DNA of 64,000 nt. It comes from a virus. Taxonomy: Duplodnaviria; Caudoviricetes. A model generated the notes under the pieces. The model was not told the origin of the DNA and did no database searches. It saw only the letters and a list, made by a program, of their open reading frames with translations. The stretch covers positions 1 through 64,000 of the IMG/VR virus record IMGVR_UViG_3300024346_000030; one strand, 5' to 3'. Both the position numbers and the translations under genes were made by a program. Shown piece after piece: positions 1 through 6,933 of this stretch (position 1 is its first letter; each line of letters begins with the position of its first letter).

Positions 1-244
1 CTGCAATGCCTGTATGACCATAGCCAATCGTTCGCTTACCACCGCAACAAGTATATGCCTCAGCACGATAACTCTCAAAATGTTTTACGCCTTTTAGCAT
101 ATCATACCAAGCCTTGTTTATGTTAGGCGCAAGCACCGCGCTGTTAGGTTTTACCAGCACAGGTCTGTTAGGCTTCACTAGCACAGGTGTGTTAGATGCC
201 ATGATCGGGGTGATGAGGAGGGCGAGCAGTAGTGTTATTTTCAT
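1..244 (-). CDS. GH24 (T4/P1-type) lysozyme with N-terminal signal/SAR-like segment; runs off the window edge
   Basis: Absent from the ORF track. My translation from ATG 244: MKITLLLALLITPIMASNTPVLVKPNRPVLVKPNSAVLAPNINKAWYDMLKGVKHFESYRAEAYTCCGGKRTIGYGHTGIA. FES..AY.C..G..TIGYGH is the GH24 motif, with triad E57-X8-C66-X5-T72. Confidence 0.85.
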   Translation of the reverse strand, partial: MKITLLLALLITPIMASNTPVLVKPNRPVLVKPNSAVLAPNINKAWYDMLKGVKHFESYRAEAYTCCGGKRTIGYGHTGIA

Positions 245-250
245 GCCCTA

Positions 251-279
251 ATTATACTCTAACAGACGCACATCTGCAA
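251..279 (-). promoter_or_regulatory. sigma70-type promoter of the lysozyme gene
   Basis: TTGCAG-17 nt-TATAAT on the minus strand; the -10 ends 6 nt before the ATG. Confidence 0.75.
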
Positions 280-305
280 GGATTATTTTGTTTTTCTTTA
301 TTACT

Positions 306-424
306 TAACTCATTCAGTATCAATGAGTTACGATTTTTTTAACTTACATAACTCGTTGAGTATCAAGGACTTACGGGCTGGCGGGGGGTGCAGCGCCGTA
401 ACTCGTTCAGTATCAATGAGTTAC
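306..424. repeat. three copies of a ~26-bp imperfect palindrome (consensus TAACTCRTTSAGTATCAAYGAGTTAC)
   Basis: Copies at 306-331, 349-374 and 398-424; a fourth, more degenerate copy at 1889-1914. Confidence 0.9.
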
Positions 425-446
425 AGAGGTTTTTCTGTTAGATGGC

Positions 447-480
447 AAAACCCCGCCCCCCACACTACTAGGGGACGAGG
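447..480 (-). terminator. intrinsic terminator after the methyltransferase gene
   Basis: Minus strand CCTCGTCCCC-loop-GGGGGGCGGGG followed by TTTT. Confidence 0.65.
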
Positions 481-512
481 CACAATTACCACTATAAAAA
501 AGCTGTTAGATG

Positions 513-1037
513 TTAGATGAGCTTGGTGACGTATAGACCTTGATGCTCCCCCTTGAGGCAATCTGTTAGGGTGGTATAGCAGTTGTCGTCTGCTGCTGCC
601 TTAACGTATTCATGCAGTGCGTCCATGTCTAGACTCATCTTCCTTGGTCCGCTTGGGTAGTTCCACACTATACGTGTGCCTGACTTAGCGAAGCGCATGA
701 TGCTATCTAGCGTATCCTCTAACTGATCCTCTGTCTCTTGGACATTCAACACGTTAGACACAAGGATCACTGAGTATTTCTTTTCTATCATGTATTCCGC
801 TATTGATAGATCATAGCCATCGATGCTATACTCTTGTGGTCTTAGTCTGTTAGACCAGTAGTTATCCTTACCACATCCGAAGTCTAACACATCATCCTCA
901 TGCTTACTGATAACGTGATCTAGTGCATAGTGATATACTCTAGCCTTAGGCGTGAAGTTCTTACGGTATGTCTTGGTGCGTGAGTCTTTAGCCGCTTGCC
1001 ACATAGCACCGCCCCAGCTCTTAGGTTCTTCTGTCAT
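513..1037 (-). CDS. class I SAM-dependent methyltransferase
   Basis: VLDFGCGKD motif I, plus a downstream ILVSNVLNVQE motif. Confidence 0.75.
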   Translation of the reverse strand: MTEEPKSWGGAMWQAAKDSRTKTYRKNFTPKARVYHYALDHVISKHEDDVLDFGCGKDNYWSNRLRPQEYSIDGYDLSIAEYMIEKKYSVILVSNVLNVQETEDQLEDTLDSIMRFAKSGTRIVWNYPSGPRKMSLDMDALHEYVKAAADDNCYTTLTDCLKGEHQGLYVTKLI

Positions 1038-1048
1038 GCTGTTAGGTG

Positions 1049-1273
1049 TTAGTGGTTGACGTATTCCATGACCATATCATAACGGAACTGACCATCGTCA
1101 TTCATTTGGTCTAGTTCTTCATCGGTAGCCATGCGACCTTCTACCTTAGCGGTCATGATGTAAGCATCGCAGTAGTCGGGATAGTCTCGATGATCTATGC
1201 CGTCAATTTGGATGTCATTGATTGGGGCGGTATATGCTCCTCTGTCGGAGTGATTGAATGTGAATTGATTCAT
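1049..1273 (-). CDS. small conserved-looking phage hypothetical protein
   Basis: Acidic 74-aa ORF (IDGIDHRDYPDYCDAYI), co-oriented and closely packed with its neighbours. Confidence 0.65.
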   Translation of the reverse strand: MNQFTFNHSDRGAYTAPINDIQIDGIDHRDYPDYCDAYIMTAKVEGRMATDEELDQMNDDGQFRYDMVMEYVNH

Positions 1274-1295
1274 AGTAATTGTATTCTGTTAGTTG

Positions 1296-1580
1296 TTAGT
1301 AGTGAGTTCTTCGGGTTGGCTCGTCAGATAGTAACACGCAAGCCTTATTGATGTCGCCATGTGTGAAGCGTTCTCCGTTTATGGTTATGTAGTATCCACG
1401 GCATGAGACGGCAGAGAAGTTGCCAGATTTAAAGTAGACAGTGGCAGACCATCCAGCCTTATCATCATGGATAGATCTCTCAACGTGTGAGAAGGTAGGA
1501 TACCTGCGGAAGTCAAATGCTGTCATGCTATTGTATCCGAGGTGGAAGGCGTTGAGTGGTGGTGTAGTGTATGCTTTCAT
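1296..1580 (-). CDS. hypothetical protein
   Basis: 94-aa ORF directly downstream of a good promoter (1604-1632). Confidence 0.6.
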   Translation of the reverse strand: MKAYTTPPLNAFHLGYNSMTAFDFRRYPTFSHVERSIHDDKAGWSATVYFKSGNFSAVSCRGYYITINGERFTHGDINKACVLLSDEPTRRTHY

Positions 1581-1603
1581 AGTGTTTTTCTTTCGTTGGT
1601 GAG

Positions 1604-1632
1604 ATTATACGATATTTTTAGTGACCTTGCAA
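1604..1632 (-). promoter_or_regulatory. sigma70-type promoter
   Basis: TTGCAA-17 nt-TATAAT on the minus strand. Confidence 0.75.
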
Positions 1633-1827
1633 GATGTTTCGACACTTATTTTCAGCGTCTCTTTTAGCCTTCATGACCATCTCACGTTCACGCTTGATCT
1701 GGAACTGACGCTCACGCTCAAGCTGACGCTCAAGATTTCTGTTAGCGTTGGCGACCATCTCAGTGAGGATGTGCTGCACGTTAGGATTGGGAACTGGTGA
1801 AAGTGATGTAGTGTTTCTCTCTTGCAT
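1618..1827 (-). CDS. hypothetical coiled-coil protein (start reassigned to 1827)
   Basis: MQERNTT...LERQLERERQ; an extended -10 lies 6 nt upstream of ATG 1827. Confidence 0.6.
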   Translation of the reverse strand: MQERNTTSLSPVPNPNVQHILTEMVANANRNLERQLERERQFQIKREREMVMKAKRDAENKCRNILQGH

Positions 1828-1833
1828 GGTTGT

Positions 1834-1842
1834 ATTATACCA
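1834..1842 (-). promoter_or_regulatory. extended -10 promoter (TGnTATAAT)
   Basis: TGGTATAAT on the minus strand; weak -35. Confidence 0.6.
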
Positions 1843-1888
1843 CCAGAGCAGAAAAATGGAAGCAGAAACTTCATTTATTTTCATGTTT

Positions 1889-1914
1889 TAATCAGCTGAG
1901 TATCAACGAGTTAC
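1889..1914. repeat. fourth copy of the 26-bp palindromic motif
   Basis: TAATCAGCTGAGTATCAACGAGTTAC; its right two-thirds match the copies at 306-424. Confidence 0.7.
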
Positions 1915-1916
1915 AA

Positions 1917-1944
1917 TGTTCCACGGAAAATGTTCCACAGAATA
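1917..1944. promoter_or_regulatory. two abutting 14-bp boxes, TGTTC-N4-GAA(A/T)A
   Basis: TGTTCCACGGAAAA and TGTTCCACAGAATA; each is one mismatch from the TGTTC-N4-GAACA LexA motif described for Verrucomicrobia. Confidence 0.45.
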
Positions 1945-2262
1945 GTGATAAATGCCAAAAAAACGAAAACTAGAGCGTTTTTTGCCCTTAATTGCACCCT
2001 ACCCCATTAAAGCAATCTGTTAGAGTGGTAAATGTGAGATTTCGCGCGGGGGAATCCAATCTCAGTTTATCAACAACGATTCAAGATAAGGTAATGCGGG
2101 GGCGATGCCCCTCCCCCATTAATAAAAAAAAACACAAAAAAATCTAAGCCCAGATTCGTTAAGTGAAAAAAATCGGTGGGGGTATTTTAAAAAAAGGAAA
2201 ATATAATAAGCTTTAGGCAAGAATAAGATTAAATAATTCATATGCCGCGAAAACATTGAGTC

Positions 2263-2290
2263 TTGACAATAATAAAAAATAAAATATAAT
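2263..2290 (+). promoter_or_regulatory. consensus sigma70 promoter
   Basis: TTGACA-16 nt-TATAAT, 29 nt before ATG 2320. Confidence 0.8.
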
Positions 2291-2319
2291 AAATCCAATA
2301 CCGCGATTACTTTAAGATT

Positions 2320-3207
2320 ATGTGTGACCAGATAAAAAAAACATGTTCTTCCTGTGAAGAGTTTAAGATTCTTGATGATTTTCACAAAGGAAATGCTTTA
2401 TATGGTAAGAGTGCTTGGTGTAAAGATTGCATGAGCGCTCACAATAAAAAGAAAAGAGAAGAAGATAAGGAGCAAAATAAACACGTTTATGATTCTTACG
2501 ATCAATTTAAAGATACCAAAGTGTGTCTCAGGTGCTATCAAGAACTTTTGGTTAGTTCTTTTACCAAGAATTTATACAAAAAGGATGCCTTAGCTAGTTA
2601 CTGTAAGGAATGTGTGGTTATAATGAAAAAACACAGAGAAGCAGGGACCTGTTGGAGAATTCCTGAACCAGCAGATCCAGAGGTGAGATCTCCAGCTAAA
2701 ATGAGGGCTAGAGTTATAGGTGGGGAAAAAGAAGAAAGAAAAAGAAAAAAAACATATCCACATTTTAAGGGCATCAAAGGCTTATATAAAAAACGAGGGT
2801 TCTACTACTGGCAAGCACCACAAAAAGATGGAATCCGTCCAAAGGCTATTGCCTTGCAAACCAAGGACTACAACGAAGCCTTAAAAAAGCTGGATGAAAT
2901 TGAGGAAGGATTTGAACTTACTGAATACACAGAAGTTGGTAATGTTTATTTAATGAAGAGCGATCGGAATGGTCGGATAAAGATAGGTAGAACTAAGGGT
3001 GAGCCTGTATATAGAGAGAGAACGTTGCAAAGCCAAGAGCCAGAAGTGAATCTTATTTTTCATCGTGAGGTTTTACGTATGAATGAAACAGAAAGGTATT
3101 TGCATAAGATGTTTGAATCTAAGCGTTTTCGTGGTGAGTGGTTTGATCTGTCAAAAGAAGACATCGAGTACGCTAAGTCTATAATAGAAAGAGCCTCCAA
3201 TGCCTAA
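2320..3207 (+). CDS. T5orf172/MUG113 (GIY-YIG-like) domain protein with two N-terminal Cys4 zinc modules
   Basis: C-terminal VYLMKS..GRIKIGRT..RERTLQS..E..LH..F..R.RGEWFDL; N-terminal CxxC..CxxC twice. Confidence 0.75.
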   Translation: MCDQIKKTCSSCEEFKILDDFHKGNALYGKSAWCKDCMSAHNKKKREEDKEQNKHVYDSYDQFKDTKVCLRCYQELLVSSFTKNLYKKDALASYCKECVVIMKKHREAGTCWRIPEPADPEVRSPAKMRARVIGGEKEERKRKKTYPHFKGIKGLYKKRGFYYWQAPQKDGIRPKAIALQTKDYNEALKKLDEIEEGFELTEYTEVGNVYLMKSDRNGRIKIGRTKGEPVYRERTLQSQEPEVNLIFHREVLRMNETERYLHKMFESKRFRGEWFDLSKEDIEYAKSIIERASNA

Positions 3208-3829
3208 ATATATAAAAACAAAGATCTGTAATAAATGTGGCGAGGAGAAGTCATTAGATCATTTTAGCAAAACCAAAAGAATAAAAAGCGGTTATATTAG
3301 CATTTGTAAAGACTGTTGCAATAAACAAAGCAATGAAAGAAGAAAGGTTAGGAGAATTGAAGACCCAGAGTATAGAGCTAAAGAAATATCCCAATCAAAA
3401 AAGTGGAGAACTGAAAACAGAGATAAAAAAAATGACTATAAAAGAAAATATGAAAAGGATCGATACCACAACGACCCTATTCATAGAATGAAGATGTTAT
3501 ACTATAGTTCTGTAAATAACGCATTGTCGGGAAACAAAAGAGGAAAATTAAAATATCTTGGTTGTTCTTTAGAGCATCTTCAAGAGCATCTCGAATCTCA
3601 GTTTGAAGACGGCATGACGTTAGATAATAGGGGTGTTGGAAAAGGTAAGTGGCATGTTGATCATATTTTGCCTTTAGCTGCTGCCAAAGGTGATGAGGAT
3701 AAAATAATAATGCTGTGCCATTATACCAACCTTCGCCCAATGTGGAGTCATGAAAACGAGGCCAAGGGAGACAAACACTGCCCTAAAGAACTTGAGGCGT
3801 ATTTTGAAGAGAGAAAAGCTGCCAAATAG
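3200..3829 (+). CDS. HNH homing-type endonuclease with N-terminal zinc module
   Basis: KWHVDHILPL...HYTNLRPMW..EN..K; N-terminal CNKC..CKDC. Confidence 0.8.
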   Translation: MPKYIKTKICNKCGEEKSLDHFSKTKRIKSGYISICKDCCNKQSNERRKVRRIEDPEYRAKEISQSKKWRTENRDKKNDYKRKYEKDRYHNDPIHRMKMLYYSSVNNALSGNKRGKLKYLGCSLEHLQEHLESQFEDGMTLDNRGVGKGKWHVDHILPLAAAKGDEDKIIMLCHYTNLRPMWSHENEAKGDKHCPKELEAYFEERKAAK

Positions 3830-3833
3830 TGTA
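3829..3833 (+). promoter_or_regulatory. candidate late promoter GTGTA
   Basis: G of the motif lies 14 nt before ATG 3843; the same spacing occurs at several structural genes. Confidence 0.55.
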
Positions 3834-3842
3834 TAAACATGC

Positions 3843-4709
3843 ATGGAGTATAGCAGAATGCCATTTTATGTGGGAGCCATTAGCGGTAGCGGTATTGATG
3901 CTAGTGATGAGAGTGGTCGCTTCTTGTTTGTTGATTCTGTTGATGTTACATATGACACCAAGCTTACTCGGAAGAAGAAATTGGGCAGATGTAGTGTAGG
4001 TAATACGGATTATGTATCTGATCAGTTCTTAGATTGCAGGATTAAATTTGATTTTTATTTTAATGCGTCTTTACCTAGTGGTAACGGGAGTGTTTATGAT
4101 TTTTTGAATTATATACCAAATGAAAACAACTTTTTCCCAGTCAGGATAGGCAATAATACATTTAAGAAGTGTTTTGTAGATGATTACAGTGTAAAAGTTG
4201 AGCCATTTAAGGCTGTTAAGGGCAGCGCAACGCTATCTTGTTATGATCCACCTACAAGTGGTAGTATATCTGGTGATTCTACATTGCCAAATGAGTATTT
4301 TAATGATTTAATGAACAGTAATCAGCTGGTTTATGGTCATACTTGCGAGGTTAGTGGTGTTTGGGGTGATGTAGTTAGTTCCAATGTGTTAAATTCTGTA
4401 GAATATCGTCGAAGAGTTACTAAAGACCCGTCATATCAGCTTGGAGAAGAGTCTCCAGACTCTTTTCGGGTTGAGGAAATCGAAGAGGAGGTGATTGTAG
4501 AGTCTACTGGATTAGCTACATTCATAAATAAGAACGGTTATGACATTACAGGCAACTTAGCCTTGTTTTTGAAAGACTTTTCGGGTAATGCTGTTCCTAA
4601 TTACGAGATCAACTTGCCTATTGGGTCTAAACTATCGAACGAAACCTATGCAATCAAGGGTGGTGACGGTTTAATTAGTAAAGCTACAATAAAAAACTTA
4701 CTTGTATAA
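3843..4709 (+). CDS. probable tail-associated structural protein (tube/hub-like), displaced from the tail module
   Basis: Beta-rich pattern resembling 30821-31615 (FVDSVDVTYDT..KLG; YQLGEESP); preceded by GTGTA. Confidence 0.45.
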   Translation: MEYSRMPFYVGAISGSGIDASDESGRFLFVDSVDVTYDTKLTRKKKLGRCSVGNTDYVSDQFLDCRIKFDFYFNASLPSGNGSVYDFLNYIPNENNFFPVRIGNNTFKKCFVDDYSVKVEPFKAVKGSATLSCYDPPTSGSISGDSTLPNEYFNDLMNSNQLVYGHTCEVSGVWGDVVSSNVLNSVEYRRRVTKDPSYQLGEESPDSFRVEEIEEEVIVESTGLATFINKNGYDITGNLALFLKDFSGNAVPNYEINLPIGSKLSNETYAIKGGDGLISKATIKNLLV

Positions 4710-4846
4710 CTGTTATCAGTGTATTATATTTGAAATAACACTTGCTGACAACGCTAAAGCTGCGAAAAGCAAAAAATAACGTCACAATTTGTTGTTTTTT
4801 TAAATAAACGTTGAAAAACGTCAATAAATGCCTATATATAATATAC

Positions 4847-5179
4847 ATGAACCATGTTTTTTGTACTGATTGCGGCAATAAGATTGAGTATGCTTACTCG
4901 AAGCCTAAATTTTGCTCATCTTGCGGAAGCAAGGTAGGCGGTGGGGCTTCTTTAAAAAAAGATACCGTAGCCAAACCCTCTAGTAGTGAGGTTTTGGCTG
5001 CTGATGAGACTGATATTGATTTCATCCCTGATATAGACAGGCTTTCTGTCGATATTGAGCAGTTTAGTGATAATGTGTTTACATTTCAGTCATTATCAGA
5101 GGGGAAGACCTCTGGAAAAAATGTTAGAAGTAGAGGTTCTAAAACTTTAGAAGACTTTATTGATGACAAAAGAAGATAA
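4847..5179 (+). CDS. double zinc-ribbon protein (start reassigned to 4847)
   Basis: FCTDCG..KPKFCSSCG; TATAAT ends 4 nt before the ATG. Confidence 0.7.
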   Translation: MNHVFCTDCGNKIEYAYSKPKFCSSCGSKVGGGASLKKDTVAKPSSSEVLAADETDIDFIPDIDRLSVDIEQFSDNVFTFQSLSEGKTSGKNVRSRGSKTLEDFIDDKRR

Positions 5180-5888
5180 TTCAAAAAAAGATAGCCCCAA
5201 GAGATTTGAGGACCACATAGAGATAATAGAGGAAGCAATCCGCAAGCAGAGAAGCAGGTGGAGATTGGATTGTATTTCTTGGTTTGATTTTGAAGATGTA
5301 GAGCAGGTTATAAAGCTCCACATATATAATAAATGGTCCATGTGGGACCAAGAGAGGCCACTTGAGCCTTGGATTAACATAATTGTTACCAACCAGATAA
5401 GAAATCTGGTAAGAAACCACTACGGGAACTATACAAAGCCTTGTACTACTTGTGAATTCAATATGGGTGGTGATGGTTGTGATTATACCCCTAGCAGACA
5501 GCAGAACTCCGAGTGCGGTAAGTATGCTAAGTGGGAAAAAACAAAAAAGGTTGCTTTTGACCTTAAGGTAGCGGTGACTACAGAGAATCACATGCATGAA
5601 ATAAGTTATGCTCATGATAAGAGGTTGTGTTTTGATACGGCGATAGGTAAACTAAACCACCACATGAAACTGTGCCTTTCCAGCACTCACTTCAAAGCTT
5701 ATCATATGTTGTTTTTTGAAGAGTGTAGTGAAGAAGAGGTTGCCGAGTTCATGGGTTACAAAACTAACGAGAAGAAAAGAAAAGCTGGTTATAGGCAGGT
5801 AAAAAACCTCAAGAAAAACTTCATGGAAAAAGCAGCAGAAATTATAAAAAAAGAAGATATAATAATAAACAATACAGATAATTTATGA
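5160..5888 (+). CDS. phage RNA polymerase sigma factor (ECF-like) with a Cys4 insertion
   Basis: Region 2-like FEDVEQVIKLHIYNKWSMWDQERPLEPWINIIVTNQIRN; region 4-like SEEEVAEFMG; inserted CTTC-x8-C-x11-C. Confidence 0.7.
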   Translation: MMTKEDNSKKDSPKRFEDHIEIIEEAIRKQRSRWRLDCISWFDFEDVEQVIKLHIYNKWSMWDQERPLEPWINIIVTNQIRNLVRNHYGNYTKPCTTCEFNMGGDGCDYTPSRQQNSECGKYAKWEKTKKVAFDLKVAVTTENHMHEISYAHDKRLCFDTAIGKLNHHMKLCLSSTHFKAYHMLFFEECSEEEVAEFMGYKTNEKKRKAGYRQVKNLKKNFMEKAAEIIKKEDIIINNTDNL

Positions 5889-6933
5889 AACTTTCAGAAG
5901 ACCAGGAGAAATTTTTATCGGAGAATCACAAGGATATAAGCGATTTGAACAGCTTGACGCAACAATGTTTTGATGATGATAGCTTGGACGGAAGAACTAG
6001 CAGGGTAGGTTAGTTAGGAAGTTTTTAATTGATAACAATATTGATTTTAATACATCCAGGCGCAAAAAGAAAGATGAAATAGTATTTACCGACCAACAGA
6101 AGGATTTTATACTTGATCAAGCTAGGGATGGTATTTCTTCATTAGCTATAGCTAAATTAGTGTTCCCTAGCAAGAACGTTGTTGCACTGAGCAACGAGCA
6201 GAGATCTGTTCTTTCTCATATACATAGCGTTAACCCCGATTACCTGCCTACTCAGGACGGTGGGGCTTTAGATTCTTACGTTGGCCCGAAAGCTACTAGC
6301 AGAATAGTAAAGAAGATTAACGACGCGACTGGAAACACATTTGATGAACAAAAACTAAACAGACAGTACCAAGTTTGTGTCGAGCGGCTTGGTATTCACT
6401 TAAATAACTCACGCTTTCTTAAGATAATGAATAATTACTTAGATAAAACTGACAGAGATTTATTTGAGCAAGAATTTGTACGCTTAACCTGGGACAAACC
6501 AGACCTTACCGCTGATGAAATAAACCTTTACCTTAACGTATGTAAGGAAATCATTAACTTGGAGGTAGTAAGCAAGCATTTAAACAAACTTAACGACATG
6601 TTCGATGTTGCTGACGACCAAACGGAGATGTCTGTCCGACTTGCCGAAATCATAAAGGCTAAAAGTTCAGAATATCACCAGTGCGAAGGAAGAATCGAGA
6701 ACCTTACTAAAAAACTCCAAGGTGACAGATCAACTAGAATGCTAAACAAAACAAAAGACAATGCTTCTATTTTGTCCATAGTTCAATTATTTCAAGAAAA
6801 AGAAGAAAGAGACAATATGGTCAGGATGGCGGAAATGCAAAAAATGACAGCTAAAAAGGAGGCCGAAAGACTTGAGGGAATGGCTGAATGGAAAGCTAGG
6901 GTGTTAGGTATAAGCCAAGACGATGTTATTTGA
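5885..6933 (+). pseudogene. conserved packaging-cluster protein (terminase small subunit candidate), broken by an apparent 1-nt deletion at ~5999
   Basis: ATG 5885 reads MKLSEDQEKF..DGRT and then stops at TAG 6011. The -1 frame is open from 6001 (QGRLVRKFLIDN) into ORF 6160-6933. Adding one A gives DGRTKQGRLVRKFL. Confidence 0.6.

Noticed and set aside
306-424. Repeat-spacer-repeat pattern as a CRISPR mini-array
   Set aside because: Spacers are only 17 and 23 nt, the repeats are degenerate, an isolated copy exists at 1889, and no cas1/cas2 is present. The Cas4-like gene lies in the replication operon
323-520. Plus-strand 65-aa ORF in the track
   Set aside because: Runs over the palindromes and a minus-strand terminator, against the local gene orientation
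2066-2074. DnaA box (TTATCAACA)
   Set aside because: A single copy with a mismatch, which is expected by chance
5999-6013. Stop-codon reassignment (TAG read-through)
   Set aside because: Reading through TAG 6011 does not reach the downstream ORF, which is in another frame; all other long genes are intact in the standard code
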